In this document: positions 33,344 to 43,721 of the stretch, one piece after another
How the letters are laid out: every line of letters starts with the position of its first letter
Position numbering within the stretch: position 1 is the stretch's first letter
Origin: Cyanophora paradoxa CCMP329
Lineage: Eukaryota > Plantae > Glaucophyta
DNA: 64,000 nt
Direction of reading: 5' to 3'
Assembly (NCBI GenBank): GCA_004431415.1
Contig: QPMI01000096.1
Coordinates: 62,001 to 126,000 of the forward strand
Notes under the pieces: model-generated
Databases searched by the model: none
What the model was told of the DNA's origin: nothing
What the model saw: only the letters and a program-made list of their open reading frames with translations
Translations under genes and position numbers: made by a program

Positions 33344-36300
33344 ATGGAAGAGCCAGCTGCGACAGCGGCGGTCGCTCCGACCGCGGTTGCCGCACCCGCA
33401 GAACTGGAGCCCGACAGCAAAAAGGCGCAGGGAGCTGCAGCAGCAGCTGGCGCCGATGCGCCTTCCAAACTTGTTGAGCTCGACACGGAGCCCAGCGGAA
33501 GCCCTTCGCGCTCCTCCAGCGCAGACATCGAAACCGGCCGCTTCGGCGCGCCTCCGTCAAACTCGGAGTCTGTCGCTTCCCTACCTGCACCGGACTCGGG
33601 CGTCGAGCCCACGAAGCGATCAGAGATGATCGGGTGCGTCCCCGCCGCCGCCCCGTGCCGCCCCACAGACCCACTTGACCGCGAGGCGCCCCGGCAGCTG
33701 GGTCATGTACGCCTCATCGATAGCGCCGTACTACTACCTGAGCACCTCGTTCGTGCCAGTGCTCCTGCGCCGCTTGGCTGCGGGGGCGATGGACGAGGCT
33801 GGCTTCGTCTACTTCGGGGCCATCCCCCTCCGGCCCGCCGCCTGGTGTGCACGCGCGCGCCCTGCCGGCGGGCGCGCGGGCGTATCCGCGGCGGCTCACG
33901 CACGCACCCGGGGCCCCGCAGGGTCACCACCACATCCACCGGCATCGCCGTCATCCAGGTCCGTCCGGCGCCCGCCCGCCCTCCTCCGCGCTGCCGCTGC
34001 CGACACCTGCTCCTTGTACACAGCTCTTCACGTTCTTCTTCATCGCGCCGCTGGCGGACTACGGGCGGAACCGGCGGAGGATATGGATGACCTGCACGAC
34101 GCTCGGCGGATGCATGTCGATGTGCATTCTCGCCCTCTCGCGGTGCCCCTCGTCCCGCCCCGCCCCGCCGACCGGCCGCCACGCGCCCTCTGCGGCTCTC
34201 CATGAACTCAACGAGGCGCGCGGCAGCTCGGAGCTCTGGCTGATCGGCGGGCTCATGCACATATTCGCCTCCATCTGCTGGGGACTCTCCAACGTTATGT
34301 GCGCCGAGTCCCGGGGCCGGGGCCGCGCCGGCGCTGGCTTCCTTCCCCCTCGCGCCCCGCGCCGCTGACCGCTGGCCGGCATGCCCGCAGGCAAAGCGCG
34401 TACCTCCCCGTCCTGACCACCTCCCACCCGGGCGTCATCTCCGAGCCGGACAACGAGCTGCGCAAGTCCAAGCTCGCTTTCGCTAGGTACCCCCTCGCCC
34501 CCTGTCGTCCTGAATCCGTACCCCTCCCCTCTCCGGGCGCCGACGCCGTACCCCAGCACGGCGCTCTCCGCGCACGGCTCATCGGGGGCCTTTTCCACAA
34601 CCGTCGGTGCGCCCGCGTACACCGCTGCGGCTACTTGCCTACCCCCCCCCCCCCCCCCCCCAATCCCCCCCTCCTCTGCTCCTGACGCACGTACCGCCTC
34701 CAGTGATGCTCCTGTTCGCCCTGGGGCTCCTCTTCACATTGCCGGTGCGCCCCGTACCCCCAAATTGGAATTCGTCCCCGCCGGACTCGAGCCGGCGCCT
34801 CAGGAGCCGAACGACGCGTACCGGGCGATCTCCTGCCTCGTCGGCGCCTGGGTCCGCCCGCGTGCCCCCCGCCTCGCTCTCCCCCACCCCGGCCCTCCGT
34901 CTCACCTCTTCTCCGCTCGCTCGCCAGTGGCTGGTCCTGTCGCGGGTGGCGTTCCACCTGGTGGGGGCGCGCCCGGGCCCGCCGACGCCGCCGGCGCGCA
35001 TGATGTTCCTGGACATAAAGCGGCGCCTGCTGCGCATCGCGTTCCTGTTCCGGCGCATGCCCAACTTCGCGATCACCCTCTGCGTCGCCTTCTTCGCCAA
35101 CACGGGCGCGACGGCCATGACCCAGTCCTCCAACGTCTTCGCCGACATGGTCCTCAAGATGTCCAGTGCGCAGTCTGTCTGTCTGAGTCTGCCTGAGTCT
35201 GCCTGATTCCGAGGCTGGCTGGCGGCAGGCGTGGAGATCGGGCTCCTGACGCTCGAGTTCATGATCTTCCTCACCGCCGGCGCCTTCAGCGTCGTCATCC
35301 TCATCCGGTGCGCCCGGCCCTCCCCGCCTCTCCAGTCCAGTCCAGTCCAGTCCACTGACCGCCCGGCCGGCCGGCGTGCTCCCGGCCGCGGCAGGACGCT
35401 GCACATCCCGGCGAAGCGCGTGCTGATCCTCGTGCTCGTGATCTTCACCCTCGTCTCGGGCTACTTCCTCGTGGGCCTGTCCGACAGCATCTCCTTCGGC
35501 GTCAAGGCCGCCCCCGAGGTCAGTCGGCCAGATCAAATCTGGATCAAATCCAGCTGAACGCTCGTCTTCGGCGCAGGCGTTCGGCGTGGTGGCGATCGCG
35601 GCCTTCGCGGGGGGCGCCCTGCTCCCCATGGGCCGCGGCATCCTCGCCTCCATGCTGCCCCACTCCCTCGAGGCCGAGTTCTTCGGTGCGGCATATTCGA
35701 TCCGCCCGCCCCGCCCCGCCCCGCCCCGTCCCGCCCCGCCCCGCCCTTCCCCACGAGAGATTTGATCTGGTCTGATCCCGAGGCCGCTCGTACGACCGCC
35801 AGGGTACATCGGCGTGCTCTACAACATCGGGAATCTGATCCTCCCCTCGATCAACACGTCGATCATCAACGCGACGAACAACCTGCGGCTGACGTACTTC
35901 GGCATATGCTTCTGCTTCTTCGTCTCCGCCATCGCCATGTGCTTCGTCGACATCGAGGAGGGCGTCCAGAACGCAGCCGAGGTCGGCCTTATTGTGATTC
36001 TACGATTTCCTTCTGTGCGTCCTTATCTAACTCACTTTATCCTCGCTCAGGTGAACGTTGAGATTGCCCGGCACGGGTCCCTGGAGGCCGCCATCGCCCA
36101 CGCCTGGCACCTCGGCCGCGCCTCGGCCGGCAAGGTCGCCCCGGAGCCGCCCAAGGACCCGAACGCGGCCGCGGCGCCGGCCCCCGCCCTCGCGGACTCT
36201 GGGGACGAGAAGCCGGCGGCGGCGGCGGCGGCGGTCGGGGCGCCCGTGCCCGTCTCGCTGGCGCCCTCGTCCGCGGTCGCAGTGGACATCTCCTCCTCCT

Positions 36301-36374
36301 CCTTCGCCGTTCTGGCCCTCCAGGAGGCCGAAGCGCCCGCCACGCCCGTCGGCGGCGGCGCTAGGGCACCCTAG
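33344..36374 (+). CDS. Atg22/UMF1-like major facilitator superfamily transporter, multi-exon
   Basis: DREA..SWVMYASSIAPYYY; FIAPLADYGRNRRRIW; SAYLPVL; FFANTGATA; GRGILASMLPHSLEAEFF|GYIGVLYNIG; roughly 12 hydrophobic segments. Confidence 0.8.
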
Positions 36375-36990
36375 GCCCCCACGCTCCGCTCTCCCGCGGC
36401 CCCGCTCGCCGCGGGCCGCGCTGAGGCCCGGATCGTCCACCGCCGTCCTCGCGTTCGAGAGGCGGCGTGCGTGCGCATCCGTCGGCCTCGCCCTTTGGTC
36501 GTGTGTCTGCCGCATCAGCTTCTAGTTATTAGTGCTTAGGAAGGTTTACGCTTAGTGGGTGGCTCGCGGCCCTCCGGCCCCGAGCACTCCCCTTCGTTTT
36601 TCGTTCGCAGTCGCTCGCCCGTGTGTCGATGTACTCCCACCCTGTGGGCTAATCATCTTTTTAAACCGTTTGCTTGTTACTACGATAGTGGCAGCTTATA
36701 TCTCTTCATTTTTTAGTCGAGTAGAGAAGTATGCATGCACGAATTACGGTACTATTTTCCTAGATCTAGACTGTATGTTCTCTGCGTTCATGATCAGTGT
36801 CAGTCGTTGAAATTGAGTCCAGATCTATCGGACGCGACTCGTGAATGAGAACCCGGGCCGGCCAAGGCCATATGCGTGGCAAATTAAACATGAACGTTGA
36901 CGTTATAGTGCATGCGCACGTGCCACGGATCACGGCCGCGGTACGGTAATTACTAAGTTATAAAGTGCCATGTACACGTAAGTTCATGTA

Positions 36991-37315
36991 TTTTTTTTTT
37001 TGAGAGACTACGGTGGGGCGAACCCCCCGTAGGTAGTGATATTAAAGACAACAAAGCAATCACAAATCAAAGATACAGTAAACTAGCACAAAATATATAC
37101 AGAATCAAGAGGGATCACGAGAAGGGACACGATCAGAAGAACGCAAAAGATAAGGAGAACGAGCACGAGGAGAAGGAGTAGAAGAGCTCAAGGGCGTCGA
37201 TGCAGAAGTACTAGTCACACTAGAACGACGAGGAGCACGGGGACGCAGCAAATAAGGAGAACGAGCACGAGGAACTACAGTCGAAGACGAAGATCTAGAA
37301 CGCTGCATGCGCACA
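36991..37315 (-). mobile_element. Probable 5'-truncated non-LTR retrotransposon 3' fragment (poly-A tail + terminal stem-loop)
   Basis: On the minus strand: C/T-rich ORF end (..PRARSPYLLR repeated twice, stop), T-rich UTR, hairpin CTACGG-GGGG-TTCG-CCCC-A-CCGTAG (37008-37032), then A11 (36991-37001). No clear TSD. Confidence 0.55.
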
Positions 37316-37395
37316 CGAAATTGTCACGTGCTCGTACTACGATCGCGAGCTCAAATTTCGAATTCGTGTCACGATCATCGATGAGCTTGACCTCG

Positions 37396-37540
37396 TGTTG
37401 CCACTCCACTACGTACCCTTTTGCACCACGTAGCAGAATCGAGTTGGACGGGCCTATTACATGATTGCCGGGGCCCCGTGCCCAAATCCGCTTTGGGCAC
37501 GTCGGGGCTAGGGCGCGTCGTGCCCAAAGGCCTGGGCACG
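37396..37540 (+). repeat. Left terminal inverted repeat
   Basis: tgttgccactccactacgtaccc..cgtgcccaaatccgctttgggcacg..cgtgcccaaaggcctgggcacg; reverse complement of 43358-43502. Confidence 0.95.
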
Positions 37541-37578
37541 GCGGGTAGAGCAGCGTCGTGCCCAAGTCGTGCCCCGCG

Positions 37579-39165
37579 ATGGCGGGAGAGCAGCCTGGCA
37601 GCGCGGCAGGCGGGGGCGTGCAGGCTCCAACTATGTGGTCGTTCTGTGTGTACTTGCATAGCGAAGTTGGCAATCCAGCGGAGTGCTTGCCGACGATGGG
37701 CAACATGGTCCCAGCACCGCTCATACCGTCGGCGGAGCCCATATTCAGGAAGCTGGTAGACAGGAAGCTTCTTCGTCCGGAGATACAGCAGATAGATCAG
37801 CTGCGCTTCTGGCAGTGCTGGCGGGGAGCTACTGTGCGACTCTATCATGACGTGCGAGTCGTACTGCCGCGTGCAAGCAACGCCGATCGACTGATCTGGA
37901 CTCGGGCATGCGCAGGAGTTCGCCGTGGTGGTCGAGGGAGGGCCCGTTACCCTCATCGTCGCGCCGGCCAAAGTAGTGCAGCCCGACCTGGCGCACTACG
38001 GCCTGGTGCGCTAGCTAACGTGAACGATATCCCGCGCCTGATGTCTCCTGCAGGGCCTCCCACCGGCCGGCCCTGCAGCTCCCGCAGCGCTAGCAGCGGT
38101 AGCGCCTCGCGCCCCCACGGCCGCATCCAGCGCGGGCAGCGCCGCCGGGAGCGGTGATGAGGATGACGGGCTGGAGCAGTATGAGCGCTTCCTCAGTCTG
38201 GACACGGATGGCATCTTCGGCGGGATCAGCGCTGACCAAGCGAAAGACCAGGTACATGATCCGGGCACGATCCGGGCACGTACGGGGCACGTCTGAGCAC
38301 GGGCCGTGCACGCAGATCTTTGGAAAGGGCGCGCGAGCGAACATCAAGAACCTGAACCGATTCCTTGCCGCCCCGTTTCGTCTGCACTACGGGGAAGCTG
38401 ACGGCCTGAGCAAGGTGAGAGGACAGAACACGCTGGTCATTGCAGACATGGAAGACGCGTGAGTGGCTGCGTTCTTTTGGAAGCAGCACAAGAGCAGCGC
38501 AAACCTTGCCTCGCAGGTTGGCCGTCCTCCTGGACAGGACGGTGGAGACCTCAAGCATCCCAGCGAAGATCAAAGAGAAGTGCACGGAACGGATGAAACA
38601 GCGGCTCCAGACCCTCAACCCGTACGAGAAGACCCGAGCACTGCTGGAGGTCAACAGGATAGCACTCAGGCAAGGCTCAGGAGCAATCTTCGCACAGGGG
38701 GCCCAAGCATGCGCCCTCGCGCGACGACGAAGCCAGCACTCAGGCTCCCCCGTGCGTTCCCGTGCTTGGGCACGGTCTGGGTACTATTTGGGCATGTCGC
38801 GTCCTTGGTCGTGCTGCACTCTCGTGCCCAAACGTGCCCCAATCGTGCCCCAACGTGCCCCATGGTTCGATGCCGAGCACGCGGATTCCAAGGTGCTCAA
38901 CTCCAAGAAAACACCTCCGGCGGTGAGAGCACTGCTCCTCTTATCTCTCCTTTCATTTCTTAGCGAATCCCAGTTCAAGTACTTCCTGTGCATACGGGAG
39001 ACGGTCAAGTCCAAGAGCACATACAAGCAGGGCCACATCTTCCCCAAGTGCAACAAGCACGGCGATCCGCCGTCGGGCTGCCTAGGGGTGTACGGGATCA
39101 AGCAGCTCATTCAGGACACCGCAAAGCTAGCTGCGGCCCAAAAAAAGGCGGCGGCGGCAAAGTAG
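37579..39165 (+). CDS. Transposon-borne second gene of unknown function (multi-exon; C-terminal Cys motif weakly zf-GRF-like)
   Basis: ATG at 37579. GT-AG introns join MAGEQ..RLYHD|EFAVVVEGG..HYGL|GLPP..AKDQ|IFGKG..MEDA|LAVLLDRTVE.. and a last exon FKYFLCIRETVKSKSTYKQGHIFPKCNKHGDPPSGCLG..AK*. The exon structure around 38650-38900 is uncertain. Confidence 0.65.
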
Positions 39166-39816
39166 ATCCAGTGTCTATCTCCTAGTAGCAGTCCTAGTAG
39201 CTCTACTAGCATTGATAGTGTTGCTCTATTAGGGTTTTTGCAGCGTATCTTCCTTAGAATTGGGTCGTGCACTGGTCGTGCCCGGCTCGTGCCCAAACAT
39301 GCCCAAATGTGCCCCGTCATGCCCAAACCGACTTGATCCTGAATTTAGCAGTGATTGACGTCGCGGAGCACGATTGCGCATTGAACTGCACATTTGCCAT
39401 GTGAACTTAACAGTATTGATATTTTACAACGTTTTGATGAAGAAAGGCGATGCGAAGAACTTCAGCATGACATGTTCCGCGTCGCTCAGAAGTCTGACCA
39501 TCGGACTCGCATTATGATGTGAAGCCAAGGGTCATGAACTCATGATGAGGCCTCGAAGACCTGAAGCAGTTCCGACCCGTCCGAGAGGCCGCACAAGTTG
39601 AATTTGAGAATGCTGAAGCCTTGTTTAACTCGTATTCATGAAGCTTCATGGTTCGCTCCCTCTTTACCGGTTTCTGCTACTTGCTCGTGCCCACGTCATG
39701 CCCAATCGTGCCCAAGTACGTGCCCAGACGAAGTTCGGACATGCTCAAGGAGGGCACGACTCGGAAACTCTTTCACAACGAAAGGCTATTCCAAAATCGA
39801 TCGTAAACTGGCTGCA

Positions 39817-42800
39817 CTACTTGGCATTAGAGGGGCCCGCCTCAGCCTCAGGCTCGGCGGGGCCAGCCGCGGCCTCTGCCGCGGCAGCGGCCTCCTTCTC
39901 GGCGCTCTTCTGTACTTTCTTCCAAGGTTTCTGGATGCAAGAGCGGTTCTTGCACGCGTCCCTCCCCGACTTCTTGTGGCACTTTGACGAGCAGATGATG
40001 TCTTCGTACTTGCAAATGCACTTCTTGTTCGTGCAGCCAGTCGTGCAGTTGCAGATCTTGCTCGGCCTGTCGATTTCGATGGCGCACCAGTCAAAGAACG
40101 CTTTTCTGCCAGGCAAGACATGGCAGTCAGAGCGCTGAGAAAGAATGCTGGAGGAAGACGGACCTGAGGGTTACAGGTTCGGTGCTGGCGGCGGTGATGC
40201 TCTCGATGAGATGCTTGAACCCGGCAAAGCCGCCGGTCTCGCCTGGAGGGGCAGGATGCCGCATAGAGCACACTTCGTCGGCCTGGAAGAGGCGGGGCTG
40301 AGAGTCGTCATCGTTGCGCTGGACTATACCGGCAGCAGTCTTGAGGATGTACTTGTTGAAGCCCGTGCCGACCGCAGCAATGACCGCGTGCACCATTGCG
40401 GGCATGCGGGCCTCGTCCAGGGCACGCGGATTGCAGTCCTTCACGCTGATGGATACCAGCTGCGCGCCCAACGTGAGCTCCATTGTCGTGTCCAAATGGT
40501 GCTCAAAACCATACCCAAACGTGCCTCGCGGGGCACGTTTGAGTATGATTTGGGCACGTCGGAGCATGGGGTTTGGGCATGACAGAGACGCACGTCGCCG
40601 ACTGCAAGGTTGGCGATCTCCCCGGCTCTCTTGCGGGCGAAGTCAATCATCCTGTTCCTGTACGCCGAGAGACGATCGTTCAGGACCCCTACGTAAGCCT
40701 TGTACTTCTCGTGCTCCTTCTGCGGGAACAATGTCAGTGCCGACAGCCATTAACGTAAACAGGACATAGCGAACCATGAAAGCGATCGGCATCCCCTCGA
40801 TGGTGCCACGACGGAAGCCGCCTTTGAGATGGCGCTCTGCGGAGTCCAAGTACTGCTCCGATTCCTTAGATTCCTCCTCCTCCATGTCCTTCACATACTT
40901 GTCCCAGAGGATCTGCTGCTTGTCGGTGGGCACCCAGCTGTCCCGGGCAGCTGCAGCCTCAACATCTTCGTCCGTGCCGACATCGACAGTGATTCCCGCA
41001 TCCTGCACGACGGGCATGGGAGGGAGCAGCATCAAAGCGTTCAAGAAGGCCTAGGGAGGTGTGCACCTTCATGAGCTCCTGGAGTGTAGTGCCCTGCACG
41101 ACCTCCCGCTCGTTGTAGACACGATCAGAGGAGGCGGGAGCCAGGTTTCCGAATCGCTCGGACGGATCTCTGTTGAACATGACCTTGAAAGGCGTCTGCT
41201 TGTGCCCCTTGGTGAAGATGGATGTGTTCATCTGCCACTGGACCTGTGCCTGGGTTGGTTGCAGGGCGCGAGCATGTCGGCACGGTCATACCGGGCCCAG
41301 GGCGGACACCCAGTCTTTCGTTCCGTTGAAGAAGCAGTACGCAGTGACTCGGCGGCCGAGCGTCCGGTTCGCGCGCTCCACAGAACCTGCAAAACACGGT
41401 CATACCCGAACATGCTCAAACATGCTCGGCACGTGCTCAAAAAGATCGTTGGGCACGATTGAGCATGATGTTGGGCATGTCGCGGGCATGACGCGGCATG
41501 GCGGGGCATGGCGAACCTTGGTGCCAGGGACGGTAAGGCGCGCCGGTGATGATCACTATCTTGCGCCCCGTCACTCGCTGCCATTGCTTGCACGTCGAGC
41601 GAACAACCTGCGTCCACTTTCAGCTGATATGACGGCCCTAGGCAGACGTCCAAATGTACCCTGTTTACGAACTCGGACCCGTTGTCGTGATGCAGCACTT
41701 GTGGGACTCCCATCACCTGGAAAATCTCGACAAGAGCCTGTGCGACGCACCAGGCGGCCTTGAATTCCAGCGGCCTCAGGATGCTGAACCGAGAGAAGTG
41801 GTCCTGTAAATGCACCCATCATGATCAATGAACAGCCAGACAGATGGTGTTGAACAGCGAACCCGGACGTGCAAGACGTATCTGTACCGGCGAGTCGGGT
41901 GATCGAACCACTCGACATCCTCGCAGTCGAGCCTGTCCATGGCCGCCGCTTCCTCGTCGGTCTCAGGGATCCTTGGCACTCGAATCGGGATGGGAAGCTT
42001 GCTGAAGTCCTTGAGGTCGATGACGACGCGAGACCAGGCGGACTTTGCGACGATAGGCTTCATGCCCGCGAGCTTCGCAGCGAGCTCGACCGCCCTGTTG
42101 ATGGCACAGTACGGGCAGCGCTGCGTACGGGTGTCAGTCTTGCTCAGGGTCCCCGCGCGGGCAGCTGCAGCGAGCACCTTGCAGAAGTACTCGACGAACT
42201 TGTCTTTGATGGCATAGACGCGCGAAACCTTGCCCTTGACGGTGTACGCAGCCTCGTGCGCCGCGTTATGGTACTCCTGCGCGCGCGTCGTCACGTCGTG
42301 CTCCGGGCACGGTTTGAGCACGATTGGGCACGATGTTTGGACACGTCCTTACCGACAGGATTTCGAAGACCTCGCGGGCGTCCTTCGGCAAGATACGCAC
42401 TTGAGTAGGGGCCGTCGCCGCCACCGCTCCAGTGTTGTTCTTCTGGCGCTTCTTGGCCACCTGCACTTCCTGCATGACATACACCGCGGGTCCGTTCGGG
42501 TCGCGCGGGTTTGGCTGCTCGACTAGAACGTAGTTGCCGGTGCGGTTCTTGATCCGCTGATCGTTACTCTTCTTGGCCCTCCCCTCCGCTCGTCGCTCTT
42601 GTTCGGATCCGCTGGCGCCTCCAGGTCCTTCCTCTGGACGCGCGCACGCACGACTGGCTTCGACGCGTTCAGCCGCTTGATCGCCTCCTTGTCGTTCGCG
42701 TCCCCGGCTGCCTTCATGTCCCGCTCCCAGACCAGCGCGTTGTAGCGTTCCGTCTCGTCGAGTGCGCGCTCCGCGTTGGGATTCCCCTGCTCGTCCTGCA

Positions 42801-43090
42801 TGTCCTTGTGCTTCCGGAATGGCGCTAATTCGTTGCACGCCTTTATGAACTCTTCGTACGTCCAGCGCACGGTGTGCCGCGTGCTGGTCGTTTCCTCGCT
42901 GGGCGCTGCGCCGCCGTCCGAGCCGTCCGATTGCCGCTGGGTCGCAGCAGTTGGTGCCCTACGCTGCTCCGGAGGGACGACATACGCGCCAGGCGGCGGG
43001 CCAGCTGCTGCCGTGCTGTTCCCGCCACCATTGCTTGAACTGCTCGAAGGCCCGCGCGTGCCTGCTGGAGCTGATCTAAGAGAGATCTAG
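39817..43090 (-). CDS. Ginger transposase/integrase (HHCC-like + rve DDE + C-terminal Cys-rich domain), at least 8 introns; apparent 1-nt frameshift near 42580; start uncertain
   Basis: Spliced: EYHNAAH..RCPYC; SRVVIDLKDF..YVLHVR|DHFSRFSILRPL..VLHHDNGSEFVNR|VVR..GAPYRPWHQG|SVERANR..WVSALGP|VQWQMN..TPFKVMF; C-terminal CNCTTGCTNKKCICKYEDIICSSKCH. Introns include 42277-42352, 41804-41862, 41608-41659, 41387-41516, 41244-41291 and 40460-40593. Confidence 0.9.
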
Positions 43091-43357
43091 CAAGATGCCC
43101 GCCAGGACAATGGCCGCGGTGGCCCTCCTTGTGATCGCAGTCGCAGCTCGAGAACGACGAGATCAGCTGCTCGATGTGGCAGGTACACTTGCGGCCGCAC
43201 CACGCGCGACCCGCGAGCACAGCTGTCTGTAGCGCGAAGCTGCAGAAGACGCAGAACTGCAGAATCTGGCCGGCCGCCTGAATCTCCTCCGGCGACAGGC
43301 CCAACATCGCTGCAGCTGTCTGGGCTCTAACACCTGTCGTGCCCAACACAAAGCTTA

Positions 43358-43502
43358 CGTGCCCAAGCCTTTGGGCACGACGCGCCCTAGCCCCGACGTG
43401 CCCAAAGCGGATTTGGGCACGGGGCCCCGGCAATCATGTAATAGGCCCGTCCAACTCGATTCTGCTACGTGGTGCAAAAGGGTACGTAGTGGAGTGGCAA
43501 CA
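43358..43502 (-). repeat. Right terminal inverted repeat
   Basis: Ends ..ggtacgtagtggagtggcaaca and is followed by the TSD cctcg. Confidence 0.95.
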
Positions 43503-43721
43503 CCTCGATCGAAAACGCTTCACAGGGGTACGAGATCTAGCACCTCCAATCGGAGCCGGCTTGTCGCCGCAGCAGCACAGGCTGGCAGCAGCAGTTCATG
43601 TACAAGCAGTTCGCATGAGAACGCTTCTTCCGGGCCGCTGCTGGCCCGGATCCAGGCTTATGACCGGACGGACATAGCAAGCCTGGGCGGACCAGCGGGC
43701 GCTCTGCCCAGCGGGTAACCC

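Larger units (their letters stand above)
37396..43502. mobile_element. Complete Ginger-type (Ginger2/TDD-like) DDE DNA transposon, 6107 bp
   Basis: 145-bp TIRs (37396-37540, 43358-43502, one mismatch) with TGT..ACA termini. 5-bp TSD CCTCG at 37391-37395 and 43503-43507. Encodes a retroviral-type integrase, with no RT or LTRs. Confidence 0.93.

Noticed and set aside
38252-42352. Motif arrays as a CRISPR-like locus
   Set aside because: The units are 10-11 bp with no unique spacers, there are no cas genes, and the context is eukaryotic introns.
42843-43433. 196-aa minus-strand ORF starting in the right TIR, and its mirror ORFs in the left TIR
   Set aside because: They begin within TIR sequence at non-ATG codons. 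Part may be the transposase first exon, but a separate gene is unsupported.
37396-43502. LTR retrotransposon or Polinton, suggested by the retroviral-type integrase and TG..CA ends
   Set aside because: The termini are inverted rather than direct repeats, and no gag, RT, RNase H, PolB, ATPase or capsid is recognisable in 6.1 kb.
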